Shown in pieces: positions 55,263 through 64,000 of a stretch of 64,000 nt of DNA. Location: positions 177 to 64,176 of the forward strand of contig JBDRQD010000055.1 of assembly GCA_043826455.1 (NCBI GenBank). Direction: 5' to 3'. A model generated the notes under the pieces. It did not search any database. It saw only the letters and a program-made list of their open reading frames with translations, and was not told the DNA's origin. The number at the start of each line of letters is the position of its first letter. Within the stretch, counting starts at the first letter, position 1. This DNA comes from Candidatus Bathyarchaeota archaeon. GTDB lineage: Archaea; Thermoproteota; Bathyarchaeia; TCS64. Made by a program: the position numbers and the translations under genes.

Positions 55263-55712
55263 ATGTACCACTTCGGCTACGGCTCCAACCTCAACCAGGG
55301 GTTCCTGCGCCAGTACTGCCCCAGCGCAGAGTTCGTCATGAAGGCTTACCTGCCCAACTACGAGGTCCAGTTCCGGTTCTGGAGCAAGAGGCGTCAGGGG
55401 GGCATCAGCACAATCATCGAGAAGCCGGGGAGCTTGGTCCACGGCGTCGTCTACGAGGTGCCTGAGGCGGAGCTGCTGGTTTTGGATGAGCTGGAGAGCG
55501 TCCCCCAGGGGCTCTACAGACGCGAAAAGTTCCTGGTCCTGGATGAGTGGGGCAAGTGGCAGGAGGCCGACCTGTACCGCGTCGCCGCCCCCCAGGGCCC
55601 CTTCACGCCCTCCAGGAGCTACGTGGAGCTCATGCTCACGGGGGCCCGGGAGCATGGTCTGGACCCCGGATACGTGAAGAAGATAGAGGAAATACTCGCC
55701 AGGTCAGTGTGA
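55263..55712 (+). CDS. Gamma-glutamylcyclotransferase (AIG2/GGACT-like) family protein
   Basis: YHFGYGSNL N-terminal motif and VHGVVYEV. 149 aa. Confidence 0.75.
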   Translation: MYHFGYGSNLNQGFLRQYCPSAEFVMKAYLPNYEVQFRFWSKRRQGGISTIIEKPGSLVHGVVYEVPEAELLVLDELESVPQGLYRREKFLVLDEWGKWQEADLYRVAAPQGPFTPSRSYVELMLTGAREHGLDPGYVKKIEEILARSV

Positions 55713-57377
55713 GGCCTCGTAGACCACCTCGCCGCCAACGATGGTCATGAGGACCCTGGCTTTCACTATCTCCTCGGGGTTCACCCTGGTGATGTCCCTG
55801 TCCAGGGCCACGAAGTCGGCCAGCTTCCCCGGCTCCACGCTGCCTTTGGTTGCCTCGCTTCCCTCTAGATAGGCGGCGTTCAAAGTGTAGGCCCTTATGG
55901 CGTCCATGATGCTGATGGCCTCACCCTTGCAGAGGACTTGCCCTGTCCTGGACTTCCGGGTGACGCACCCGTAGATGCCTGTCAGCGCCCAGCTGGAGCC
56001 GAAGCCGTCGCTGTTGCCTGCTGCCACGATGCCGTGGTCCTTGAAGCTTTTCATGGGGTAGTACCCGCAGAGGCGGCTCTGCCCCAGGGCCGCGATGTGG
56101 CTGTCCCCTATGGGGTAGCAGAAGCCTATGGAGGCTGAGACGTTGACGCCCAGCTCCTTCATCTTCTTCAGCTGCCTGGGGAGCACGTAGCCGGCGTGCT
56201 CTATCCTGTGGCGGTGGCCCGGCCAGCGCCTGGACTTTACGGCTGCCTCGATGGCCTCCAGGGCCATGTCTATGGCGCGGTCTCCTATGGCGTGGGTGCA
56301 GGTGCGGAGCCCTGCCCTGTGGCAGCGGACCACCTCGTCCGTTAGGTCCTCCTGGGTGCAGCGGACGATGCCCTTGTTGCCCGGGTCGTTGCTGTAGTCC
56401 TCGTGGAGGGCCGCCGTCAGGCTGCCCATGGCCCCGTCCACCCCCACCTTGACGCCCACAACGTAGAGCCTGTCGCTCCAATAGAATGGGGTCGTTATTC
56501 CCTGCCGTGTGAGGTCGTCTGCGGCGTACCCCTTATAGGGGGTCATCCCGTCCAGCATGAGGCCCACCCTCATCCTCAGCCTGCCCTCACGCTCCAGCTT
56601 CTGGTAGGCGAGGGCCTGGGGCGCCTTTATGTGGGCCTCGTGTACGGTGGTGATGCCCCAGCTGAGGAGCTCCTCCTCTATGGTGGGCCAGTTCCTGGAC
56701 AGCAGCTCCACCTCCTCCTCAGGCCCCGGCTGAGGTATCCTGTCCCTGACCATGTCCATGGCGGCGATCTCGTCCAGCCGTCCCGTGGGCTCACCGTTCT
56801 CATCCCTCTCGATGTTGCCTCCGTGGGGCTGGGGCGTGTCCTTGGTGATGCCCGCCAGCTCTAGGGCCAGGCTGTTGGCCACGGCGTTGTGGCCCCCTGC
56901 CCTGCCCAGGTAGATGGGGTGGACGGTTGATGCCTTGTCTAGGTCGTACCTGTTGGGGAACCGTTTGTCCTTCCACTGGCTCTCGTCGAACCAGCTTCCC
57001 ACAACCCACTCGCCCTCCGTCTTGGACCCGGCCTTGGCCTTGAGGGCCTCCACCGCCTCACCCAGGGCGCCCATGGCCTTACAGTTCACCCAGTCCAGCT
57101 GGAGGCCCCGCCTGATGCAGTGCTCGTGGGTGTCGATGAACCCCGGGAAGAGGGCCCGCCCCTTCAGGTCGATGATCTTGGTCTTCCTGCCGGCCAGCTT
57201 CTTGACGTCCACGGTTGACCCCACCCTGAGCACCCTGCCGTCCTTCACTGCCACGGCCTCAGCCACGGAGTCGAAGGGGTTGACGGTTATGACCCGCCCG
57301 TTCACCAGAACCAGGTCAGCTAAAAGCTCCTCGGGGAGAACGCCTGACAAAATTTCACCTGGTTTAGATTGGGGCAT
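55704..57377 (-). CDS. Amidohydrolase-family metal-dependent hydrolase (Amidohydro_3-like)
   Basis: FPGFIDTHEH metal-binding motif, HAIGDRAID, and NSDGFG. 557 aa. Confidence 0.8.
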   Translation of the reverse strand: MPQSKPGEILSGVLPEELLADLVLVNGRVITVNPFDSVAEAVAVKDGRVLRVGSTVDVKKLAGRKTKIIDLKGRALFPGFIDTHEHCIRRGLQLDWVNCKAMGALGEAVEALKAKAGSKTEGEWVVGSWFDESQWKDKRFPNRYDLDKASTVHPIYLGRAGGHNAVANSLALELAGITKDTPQPHGGNIERDENGEPTGRLDEIAAMDMVRDRIPQPGPEEEVELLSRNWPTIEEELLSWGITTVHEAHIKAPQALAYQKLEREGRLRMRVGLMLDGMTPYKGYAADDLTRQGITTPFYWSDRLYVVGVKVGVDGAMGSLTAALHEDYSNDPGNKGIVRCTQEDLTDEVVRCHRAGLRTCTHAIGDRAIDMALEAIEAAVKSRRWPGHRHRIEHAGYVLPRQLKKMKELGVNVSASIGFCYPIGDSHIAALGQSRLCGYYPMKSFKDHGIVAAGNSDGFGSSWALTGIYGCVTRKSRTGQVLCKGEAISIMDAIRAYTLNAAYLEGSEATKGSVEPGKLADFVALDRDITRVNPEEIVKARVLMTIVGGEVVYEASH

Positions 57378-57409
57378 ACCTATTTAACATCGCACCTCTT
57401 TGAACCACC

Positions 57410-58045
57410 ATGCCTATCGACGGCTGGGTGACCTTTGTGGCTCTAGGCGACAGCATGACCGCAGGCTTCATGTCGCCCCACGGCTACTTTGGGCCCCGGT
57501 ACTACCCCTACACGGCGGTCCTGGAGGTCCTCATGAGGGGCGGCCTAGGCAGGGGCTGCGGCTTCAACGTAGTGGTAGTGAACAAGGGGGTCAACGGGGA
57601 CAGCACCGACGGCATGCTTGAACGGTTCGACCGCAGCGTCGCCCGGGAGGAGCCGGACTACGTCATTCTGTGGGCGGGGATAAACGACCTCTACGCGGGT
57701 GCTAGCCCGGAGCAGGTCGCCGACAACATAGCCGAGATCACGGAGAGAGCCCGTCTGATGGAGGCGGCGCCCATCGTCTGCGCCTTGACCCCCGTGGAGG
57801 GCTCACCCCACTTCAACGAACGGATAAGGGCCCTCAACGCGTTGATACGTGAACACTGCGAAGCCGAGGAGCTCCCCTACGTGGACCTCTACTCAGCGAC
57901 GGCCAACCCTGAGCAAAGGCTGGACCCCAGGTACAGCGACGACGGCGTCCACCTCAGCCAGGAGGGTTACACCGTCGTAGCCTACACAATATACCGTGAA
58001 GCGGTGAAGGGGATACTGGAGAAACTGGCCACACAGGATTCCTAG
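57410..58045 (+). CDS. SGNH/GDSL hydrolase
   Basis: Block I VALGDSMTAG, block III WAGINDL, and block V DDGVHLS. Confidence 0.8.
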   Translation: MPIDGWVTFVALGDSMTAGFMSPHGYFGPRYYPYTAVLEVLMRGGLGRGCGFNVVVVNKGVNGDSTDGMLERFDRSVAREEPDYVILWAGINDLYAGASPEQVADNIAEITERARLMEAAPIVCALTPVEGSPHFNERIRALNALIREHCEAEELPYVDLYSATANPEQRLDPRYSDDGVHLSQEGYTVVAYTIYREAVKGILEKLATQDS

Positions 58046-58070
58046 GCGCATAACGGCATTTCTCGCCACA

Positions 58071-58077
58071 TTTATAA
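58071..58077 (+). promoter_or_regulatory. TATA-box-like element upstream of the eS26 gene
   Basis: TTTATAA lies 35-41 nt upstream of ATG 58112, with a purine-rich stretch (ggtgagg) near the start. Confidence 0.4.
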
Positions 58078-58111
58078 CGAACCTCAGTGGATACGTGGTG
58101 AGGCTTGGGAG

Positions 58112-58420
58112 ATGCCAAAGAAAAGAAGTAGCGGAGGACGCAGCAAAGGAGGGAAAGGGCGGTCCGGCATGGTTCAGTGCAGCTACTGCGGCGCCCAAGT
58201 ACCACGAGACAAGGCCAAGAGGACCACAAGGTACACGAGCCTGGTGGACTCGAGGATCATGAAGGAGCTCAAGGACCAGGGTGCGAGCATAAACCGCACC
58301 AAGACCACCAAATACCTTTGCATCAGCTGCGCCGTCCACCGCGGAGTGGTTAACATCCGCGCAAAGGAGGACAGACGCTTCGTCCCCCGGCGCAGGAGAC
58401 CCAGAGGGCCCTCAGACTAG
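58112..58420 (+). CDS. rps26e: 30S ribosomal protein eS26
   Basis: MPKKRSSGGRSKGGKGRSGMVQCSYCG..CISCAVHRGVV, the zinc-binding eS26 pattern. 102 aa. Confidence 0.9.
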   Translation: MPKKRSSGGRSKGGKGRSGMVQCSYCGAQVPRDKAKRTTRYTSLVDSRIMKELKDQGASINRTKTTKYLCISCAVHRGVVNIRAKEDRRFVPRRRRPRGPSD

Positions 58421-59079
58421 GGGCTCTCAACCCTTTTTCTGAAGTATAGTGTTCTCTGGGCCACCGTCAGGTGAGCCAGCGCAGCCAAGACAGCTACTCC
58501 AACGTTCAATGCGGGCAGCCACCAGTAGGAGGCCAGGCTCAACGCGGCTAGAAGCAGCATCCGTTCAGCCCTCTCGGCGAGCCCCACTCCCGCCATCTTG
58601 ACGCCCTCAGCCTCCGCCCTGCTCCTGCAGTAGCTCACCATGAGGGAGCCCACCAGAGCAGCGAGGCCCACCCAGGCGTCGCAGAGGCCGCCCAGGACCA
58701 GGCCCGAGAAGGCCAGGGCGTCGCTGTACCTGTCGGCAACGGAGTCGAGGAAGCCCCCGAACCTTGACGCGTTTCCGGTGGACCGCGCCAGCACCCCGTC
58801 CACGGCGTCCAGCAGCCCCGAGAGGAGGAGGGTGGCCGCTGCGGCCACCAGCCGGAGCCTGTCTCCGTCCCAGGTCCAGTAGATCCAGGCCGTGAGGCAC
58901 GCCACAAGGACTCCCAGGGCGGTGACGTGGTTAGGGGTAACCCCTATGCCCGCCAGTGGCTTTACAATGGACTGGGCGATTTCCTCGAACCTTTTCTTAA
59001 GGGCGCTGGATACCAAAGCCGAACAGTATACCGCTGGTTGTGGTTTAAGATTATCCCCGGAGCTGACAAGCGCCTGCAT
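58417..59079 (-). CDS. CDP-alcohol phosphatidyltransferase (archaeal polar-lipid headgroup synthase family)
   Basis: DAVDGVLARSTGNASRFGGFLDSVADRYSD (D-G-x2-A-R-x8-G-x3-D-x3-D). I prefer ATG 59079 or TTG 59016 as the start; the first 56 codons of the track ORF are Q/N/T-rich and look non-coding. Confidence 0.8.
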   Translation of the reverse strand: MQALVSSGDNLKPQPAVYCSALVSSALKKRFEEIAQSIVKPLAGIGVTPNHVTALGVLVACLTAWIYWTWDGDRLRLVAAAATLLLSGLLDAVDGVLARSTGNASRFGGFLDSVADRYSDALAFSGLVLGGLCDAWVGLAALVGSLMVSYCRSRAEAEGVKMAGVGLAERAERMLLLAALSLASYWWLPALNVGVAVLAALAHLTVAQRTLYFRKRVESP

Positions 59080-59249
59080 GGGTTGAAGCGTTGGACCTTG
59101 AGTTTCTGATGAGGCTTGCGTCGTCTTCTTCCAATCGCCGTGCGACATGTTCCCTTGCTGCGTATGGTGCTGGTGCGCTCCATAGTCGCCTCGGTTCTGG
59201 GAAAACCTTGTATTCTGGTTGACTTCATCAGTGTTTGGAGTGCACACAC

Positions 59250-59387
59250 ATGAGCTGCCACATCTGCGGTGAACCCGAGGAGATACTGGTGAAGTGCAAG
59301 GAATGCGGCAAGAACTTCTGCGAGTACTGCGGCGACATGGAGAAGAAGACCTGCTCCAGGTGCCTGAAGAAGCAGAGGAAGCAGTAG
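59250..59387 (+). CDS. 45-aa eight-cysteine zinc-finger mini-protein (absent from the supplied ORF track)
   Basis: Hand translation gives MSCHICGEPEEILVKCKECGKNFCEYCGDMEKKTCSRCLKKQRKQ-stop: four CxxC pairs and a basic tail. Confidence 0.5.
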   Translation: MSCHICGEPEEILVKCKECGKNFCEYCGDMEKKTCSRCLKKQRKQ

Positions 59388-59397
59388 CTCCAATTTT

Positions 59398-60084
59398 TCA
59401 TTTATTCCCGGTCTTTCTTAGCAGGTTACGGTGGTCATTGAGTTCCATGCCGGCCATGAAGGTGCCCGGTAGGACCACCACGAAGAAGTAGGTGGCCACC
59501 AGGTCAGGGTTCAGGTCGAGGCCGAGGACGACGATGGCTACGGACACCAGCATGAAGGCCGCGTACAGGTTTAGGGTTCTACGGATCACCCGGTGGACCC
59601 ACTGGGTCGGGTACAGTTGAGTGAGGGTGTAGGGGTCCAGGGGCACGCCCAGCTCCCGGTAGAGCTGCTCCAGTCGGTCGCCCCAGTAGAGGAACCCGGC
59701 CTCGCCCATTCTGGGTATCTCCTGGGTGAAGGTTATGTTCATGACCGCGCTGTTACCGAAGGTGCTGATGTTGACCTCAACGTTCTTGGGGTTCATGTCT
59801 CTGAGGCCGAGTTGTAGCATGGTGCTATTAGCAGGAAAGTAGGCCTTGATGCTCTTGGGCGGGGTGGACTCCCGTATGGTGCAGGAGCTGTAGCGTAGCC
59901 AGGTCTCCACGGTCACGTGGAGCTCCTCCGGGGTCATCCCTCTTACCACGGCTCTCTGCTGGTATGTGGTCCCTCTAGGCAGCAACCTGTGCTTCATGTA
60001 GTTTATCCAGAATATAAAAGGGTCTCCGGGGTAGGTTTTGCGCCCCCCGCAGCAATATTGCACGTAACTGTTAAAACAAACCAT
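59398..60084 (-). CDS. Hypothetical protein with two C-terminal TM helices
   Basis: 228-aa ORF with no recognisable motif. An alternative start is ATG 59997 (MKHRLLP). Confidence 0.45.
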   Translation of the reverse strand: MVCFNSYVQYCCGGRKTYPGDPFIFWINYMKHRLLPRGTTYQQRAVVRGMTPEELHVTVETWLRYSSCTIRESTPPKSIKAYFPANSTMLQLGLRDMNPKNVEVNISTFGNSAVMNITFTQEIPRMGEAGFLYWGDRLEQLYRELGVPLDPYTLTQLYPTQWVHRVIRRTLNLYAAFMLVSVAIVVLGLDLNPDLVATYFFVVVLPGTFMAGMELNDHRNLLRKTGNK

Positions 60085-60137
60085 AAATACGGCTGGTTAT
60101 GCATTATGCGTGTAAGCCGGTTTCGTGTTGACCCACC

Positions 60138-61091
60138 ATGAAGGAAGCCATTGTTGTTGATGACCCCCTAGGCGGGGGCAAGGTAGAGGTACTCAGGTAC
60201 AGCGACATGTTCAGCGGTAAGCCCGCGCCGAGGCGCGGCAAGGTCCGGGACGTCTACGATCTGGGGGACCACCTGGTCATCGTCACAAGTGACAGGATAT
60301 CCGCCTTCGACGTCGTCTACCCGACCCTCATCCCCCACAAGGGGCCCAGCCTCCACGCCCTCAGCGAGTATTGGTTCAGGGAGACCCGGGACGTGATACC
60401 CAACCACTACGTGGAGACCCTGGGGCCCAGGGCCATGAGGGTCCGGAAGGCCGTGCGGGTGGACGTGGAGTGGGTGTGTCGCGCTTATCTTTACGGTTCC
60501 GCGTGGAGGGCCTACAGCAAGGGGGCCAGGACCATCAGCGGCGTGGAGCTGCCCGGCGGCCTGGTGATGGCGGAGGAGCTGCCCGAGGTCATCCTGACGC
60601 CCACCACCAAGGAGGACGCGGGCCACGACAAGGAGATCAGCAGGGCCGAGGCCATAGCTGCAGGCCTGACCACCGGGGACGAGTGGAACGAGCTGGAGGA
60701 GGCCACCTTCAGGCTCTTCAAGCGTTACAGGGAGGTGGCGAAGAAGGCCGGCTTGATCATCCCCGACTTCAAGCTGGAGTTCGGCAGGGTCGGCGGAGAG
60801 CTCATACAGATAGATGAGCCGCCTACCCATGACAGCGCCCGGTACTGGGCCGAGAAGTTTTACAGGGTGGGGGAGGAGCAGGAGGCTCACTGCCTGGACA
60901 AGGAGTTCCTCCGAAGCTACCTGAAGAACACCGGGTATATGGGGGACGGGCCGCCGCCGGAGATACCTGGGCCCGTGGTCCGTGAGGTGTCCAAGCGGTG
61001 CATAGCGTCCTATAAGGTGATTAGCGGCCAGGCCAGGCTGGGGGACTTCGACCTGAGGACCGTTGGCCAGGTGATGGAGGAGCTGGGGTGA
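60138..61091 (+). CDS. purC: Phosphoribosylaminoimidazole-succinocarboxamide (SAICAR) synthase
   Basis: GKVRDVYDLGDHLVIVTSDRISAFD and LIIPDFKLEFG. Confidence 0.9.
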   Translation: MKEAIVVDDPLGGGKVEVLRYSDMFSGKPAPRRGKVRDVYDLGDHLVIVTSDRISAFDVVYPTLIPHKGPSLHALSEYWFRETRDVIPNHYVETLGPRAMRVRKAVRVDVEWVCRAYLYGSAWRAYSKGARTISGVELPGGLVMAEELPEVILTPTTKEDAGHDKEISRAEAIAAGLTTGDEWNELEEATFRLFKRYREVAKKAGLIIPDFKLEFGRVGGELIQIDEPPTHDSARYWAEKFYRVGEEQEAHCLDKEFLRSYLKNTGYMGDGPPPEIPGPVVREVSKRCIASYKVISGQARLGDFDLRTVGQVMEELG

Positions 61092-62542
61092 GCCCCAGGG
61101 AGAAGTGCGGCGTATTCGGAGCATACTCACCTGACAAGGATGTGTTTCCCCTCCTGTACTGGGGGATGCTGGCCCAGAACCACAGGGGCCACCACAGCCA
61201 CGGTTTCGCCACCTGCGGTGACGGCGTCGAGTCCTACACTAGCCTGGGGCTGATACCCACTGAGAAGGCGCCTGGGGGGGAGAGCCCCGTCCGGGTGCTT
61301 GGGGGCAGGGTGGGGGTAGCCAACGTGAGGTACGCCACCTCCGGGTCCAGCGGCGTGGAGTCCCTGGTTTGTGACGCCATGCCCCTTGTTCTGAGGGGGG
61401 AGAGGCGCTGCGTGGCCATCAGCTTCAACGGCAACATAGTGAACGTGAGGGACCTCCAGGAGAGGGTGGGGGCGGACCGGGGCAGCTCGGACACCCACGC
61501 TCTGGGCATGCTCATGCTTCAGACCCTGGAGCAGGGAGGAGGTATAGGGGACGCGGCCAGGGCATGCATGGAGGGAGTGGACGGTAGCTACAGTATTGTG
61601 GGGGTGACCGAGGACGGGACCCTGTTCGCCTTCAAGGACCCTGTGGGCGTCAAACCTCTGTGCTACGGTGCTAAGGACGGGGTTCACGCCTTCAGCAGCG
61701 AGAGCGTGGGCCTGGACATCAACGGCCTGGAGCATGATCACGAGCTGATCCCGGGGGAGCTTATGACTGTGAAGGATGGGGACGTCACCCGGGAGCAGGT
61801 GCTGCCCTGGAGGAGGCAGGCCTTCTGCGCCTTCGAGTTCGCCTACTTCGCCCGGCCGGACTCCCGGTTCAACGGCAAGTACGTGTACCAGGCCCGGGTG
61901 GACTTCGGCAAAGCATTGGCCAGGGGCTTCCCAGACAGGGTGAACAGGTGTGATGTCTGTGTGGGTATCCCGGAGACGGCCAACGACGCGGCGTATGGGT
62001 TTCACTTGGAGTCGGGGCTGCCGTGGGAGCAGGCCGCCAGGAGGCACAGGTTCGTCACCCAGAGAGCCTTCATCTCGGCTGCTGATGAGCGGGCGGATGT
62101 GATAAGGCGTAAGGTGAACCTGCTAGGGGACATGGTCCGGGGCAAGTACCTGGCCGTGGTGGATGACAGCATTGTGAGGGGGGACACCACCAGGGGTACT
62201 GTGAAGAGGTTCAGAGACGCGGGGGCCAACGAGGTGCACCTGTTCATCACGTATCCCCGGATCACGGGGCCCTGCTTCTATGGTATCGACATGGCCTCCT
62301 ACTCGGAGCTCATAGGCGCCCGCATGGGGCCTGAGGAGATTGCGGCTGAGGTGGGGGCAGATAGTGTCAGCTACCTGAGCGTGGAGGATTATGTCAGGAA
62401 GACGGGGATGCCTAGGAACAAGCTGTGCCTGGGCTGCGTCACGGGGGAGTACCCGACGCCCCTGGCTAACAGGCTGTCCAGGGAGATGAGGGACAGGCTC
62501 AGGAGGGGTAAGTCTGAGAGGGGCCGAATATACGAGTCCTAG
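61088..62542 (+). CDS. purF: Amidophosphoribosyltransferase
   Basis: CGVFGAY (Ntn catalytic Cys after a short propeptide), the PRPP loop VVDDSIVRGDT, and C-terminal Cys ligands (CLGC). Confidence 0.9.
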   Translation: MSPREKCGVFGAYSPDKDVFPLLYWGMLAQNHRGHHSHGFATCGDGVESYTSLGLIPTEKAPGGESPVRVLGGRVGVANVRYATSGSSGVESLVCDAMPLVLRGERRCVAISFNGNIVNVRDLQERVGADRGSSDTHALGMLMLQTLEQGGGIGDAARACMEGVDGSYSIVGVTEDGTLFAFKDPVGVKPLCYGAKDGVHAFSSESVGLDINGLEHDHELIPGELMTVKDGDVTREQVLPWRRQAFCAFEFAYFARPDSRFNGKYVYQARVDFGKALARGFPDRVNRCDVCVGIPETANDAAYGFHLESGLPWEQAARRHRFVTQRAFISAADERADVIRRKVNLLGDMVRGKYLAVVDDSIVRGDTTRGTVKRFRDAGANEVHLFITYPRITGPCFYGIDMASYSELIGARMGPEEIAAEVGADSVSYLSVEDYVRKTGMPRNKLCLGCVTGEYPTPLANRLSREMRDRLRRGKSERGRIYES

Positions 62543-62693
62543 CGGCCCTGAGTCCTTCAGGTCTCTAGCTTGAGTGCTCCAACTCTTTTACTAAGCTAAT
62601 CTTATTTGGTGCAACATTATGGGCAGCTTCAGTTGTCCACTTGGCTTTTATTGGGTTATCGAGGTGTGTATACGTTAACATCTGTGAACGAGA

Positions 62694-64000
62694 ATGACCA
62701 AGAAGATCAATTCGGACATACTGGTTATCGGAGGCGGGCTCAGTGGCTGCATGGCTGCAATAAACGCCTCGATTCATGGAGCCAGAGTAGCGGTTATGGA
62801 GAAGAGCCACATAGAACGAAGTGGGGCAGCAGGAACAGGTAACGATCACTTCTGGTTCTACGACCCCGAGATACATGAGCCCAGAGGCTGGACCGTCCCA
62901 GACATGGTCCGGGACATCAGCACCGACGGCGAATATGGCAAGACCAAGGGAGGCCTCATGGACCAGGAACTCCTTGAGATAGTCGCAAAGGGCACCAAGG
63001 AGGCTGTGGACCGCCTTGAAGGCTGGGGGGTCCAGTTCCGGTACGACAAGGTCTACCCATGGAACCTCAGGTATGATGCTCCTGAGGGCGAGAAGATGTA
63101 TAGGATCGTACCCCAGTTTCAGAGCGAGTGGGACACCCTCAACTACGATGGCAGGGACATCAAGAAGCGCCTCGCAGAGCAGTGTCTCAAGCACGGTGTT
63201 GAGGTATACAACAGGGTTGCCGGCACAGGGCTGCTCACCAATAAAGGCAAGGTCGTGGGGGCCACGGGCGTTCACATGAGGACCGGTAAGTTCCACGTCT
63301 TCCAAGCTAAAGCCGTCATAATGGCCACGGGCATGGACCAGTGGAGGCTCTTCAAGCCCAACAGCGGCCACTGGTTCAACAGCCAGAGCCCACCCTACAT
63401 CACGGGCGACGGAGAAGCCATGGCCATTAGGGCAGGGGCGGAGGTGTTTATTTTGCAGGCAGGTAAGTCCCAGCACCATGGGTTCCAGTATTGGAGAAAC
63501 ATCTGTAGAAGCAGCCCCGCTGCCACTACTTGTTACCCGGCGGGCAGGCTCGTCAACTCTGAACGTGAGGTTATGATTAGGCACCCGGCGGTGCGTGAGC
63601 CCATGCGCAAGTACAGGCAGAAAGTCGAGGATAGTGTGGCTGAGGGTAAGACTCCTTTCTATCTGGACTGGACGGAGGCCTCCGAGGAGGAAGTAGAGTA
63701 CGCTCTCTGGTCCTACGGGAATGAGGGGCTTTGTTGGGGACTCCTAGAGATAATGAAAGACTTAGGCATCGATTTCAGGACTCACATGATCGAGCTTGAG
63801 CTTGAGGAGCCCGGTAGAAACTCGGGCGGGTTCCTTGCTCCCTTCATCGATATCGACTGTAAGACCAGCCTGGAAGGACTCTTCGTTTGTAGTCCTGTCC
63901 AGTTCACGGGTGAGGTGGCGGCTCCAACGTACACTGTTCTTGGTTGGAGGGCGGGCGAGAAAGCGGCGGAGTACATTAAGGCTTGGCTTGAACCAGTCTT
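62694..64000 (+). CDS. FAD-dependent oxidoreductase (succinate dehydrogenase/fumarate reductase/AprA-like flavoprotein family), 3' end outside the window
   Basis: Hand translation from ATG 62694 runs without a stop to the window end: MTKKINSDILVIGGGLSGCMAAINASIHGARVAVMEK.. (GxGxxG FAD fold) ..ITGDGEAMAIRAGAE. It is not in the supplied track because it lacks a stop in the window. Confidence 0.7.
   Translation, partial: MTKKINSDILVIGGGLSGCMAAINASIHGARVAVMEKSHIERSGAAGTGNDHFWFYDPEIHEPRGWTVPDMVRDISTDGEYGKTKGGLMDQELLEIVAKGTKEAVDRLEGWGVQFRYDKVYPWNLRYDAPEGEKMYRIVPQFQSEWDTLNYDGRDIKKRLAEQCLKHGVEVYNRVAGTGLLTNKGKVVGATGVHMRTGKFHVFQAKAVIMATGMDQWRLFKPNSGHWFNSQSPPYITGDGEAMAIRAGAEVFILQAGKSQHHGFQYWRNICRSSPAATTCYPAGRLVNSEREVMIRHPAVREPMRKYRQKVEDSVAEGKTPFYLDWTEASEEEVEYALWSYGNEGLCWGLLEIMKDLGIDFRTHMIELELEEPGRNSGGFLAPFIDIDCKTSLEGLFVCSPVQFTGEVAAPTYTVLGWRAGEKAAEYIKAWLEPV

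Noticed and set aside
59080-59247. N-terminal 56 codons of the CDP-alcohol phosphatidyltransferase track ORF
   Set aside because: The translation is Q/N/T/H-rich and unlike the rest of the protein. It would place the start 2 nt from the zinc-finger ORF. Family members normally start ~30 residues before the first TM helix.
60168-62047. 320-aa and 306-aa minus-strand ORFs opposite purC and purF
   Set aside because: purC and purF carry diagnostic motifs on the plus strand. The antisense ORFs are P/G/L/V-rich with no motifs.
62565-63584. 339-aa minus-strand ORF from the track
   Set aside because: It is antisense to a plus-strand ORF with a clear FAD-binding motif that runs to the window end. 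Its translation has no motif, with a P/G/A/V-rich composition typical of shadow ORFs in GC-rich coding DNA.
1-64000. tRNA, rRNA, C/D-box sRNA, transposase/integrase, toxin-antitoxin or defence-system genes
   Set aside because: I inspected all intergenic gaps longer than 60 nt by eye. I recognised no cloverleaf-like GC-rich segments, no RUGAUGA...CUGA box pairs, and no recombinase or defence motifs. This was not an exhaustive computational scan.

Overview
This is a contiguous archaeal chromosomal segment. The evidence is ribosomal protein eS26, an A-type ATP synthase, an archaeal-type CDP-alcohol phosphatidyltransferase and Hdr/Mvh genes. Coding DNA is GC-rich by eye (roughly 60%), and the intergenic spacers are short and AT-rich. 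I found no rRNA, tRNA, CRISPR array or recognisable transposase/integrase.

The window is dominated by a ~37 kb energy-conservation block (about 11.5-48.5 kb) with three parts:
1. A ~15 kb co-directional hdr/mvh super-operon. It holds three hdrC-hdrB pairs, one split and one fused two-module HdrA, two mvhD genes (one fused to a winged-helix domain), group-3c [NiFe] hydrogenase mvhG/mvhA, a maturation protease, and mobA.
2. A 13-gene membrane complex in two divergent operons. Its gene order is that of complex I (A-B-C-D-H-I / J-K-x-L-M-N), but the NuoD homologue keeps all four Ni-Fe cysteine ligands and a cleavable C-terminal tail, so it reads as a group-4 hydrogenase. It has four antiporter-like subunits and no NuoEFG/FpoF input module.
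3. The soluble and stalk genes of an A1AO ATP synthase in the order F-H-E-A-B-D-C, with no I or K subunit genes in the window.

The 5' end carries a transglutaminase / membrane protein / MoxR / DUF58 / membrane protein operon. Its 1243-aa transglutaminase has two complete catalytic cores. Next to it is a zinc-ribbon protein with a hyper-acidic region built from 24-nt tandem repeats.

The 3' third is mixed housekeeping:
- purC, purF, eS26 and a lipid synthase.
- A JAMM protease, a diglycine-ended ubiquitin-like protein and a metallopeptidase clustered together.
- A membrane-protein/DUF4430 pair whose start codon sits at the centre of a perfect 27-bp palindrome.
- A low-GC ~1 kb QueG-like gene bracketed by ~30-bp direct repeats.

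Many long ORFs in the supplied track are antisense or alternate-frame shadows of these GC-rich genes and were rejected. One real gene is missing from the track: a FAD oxidoreductase from 62694 to the window end. So is a 45-aa, 8-Cys zinc-finger ORF at 59250..59387.
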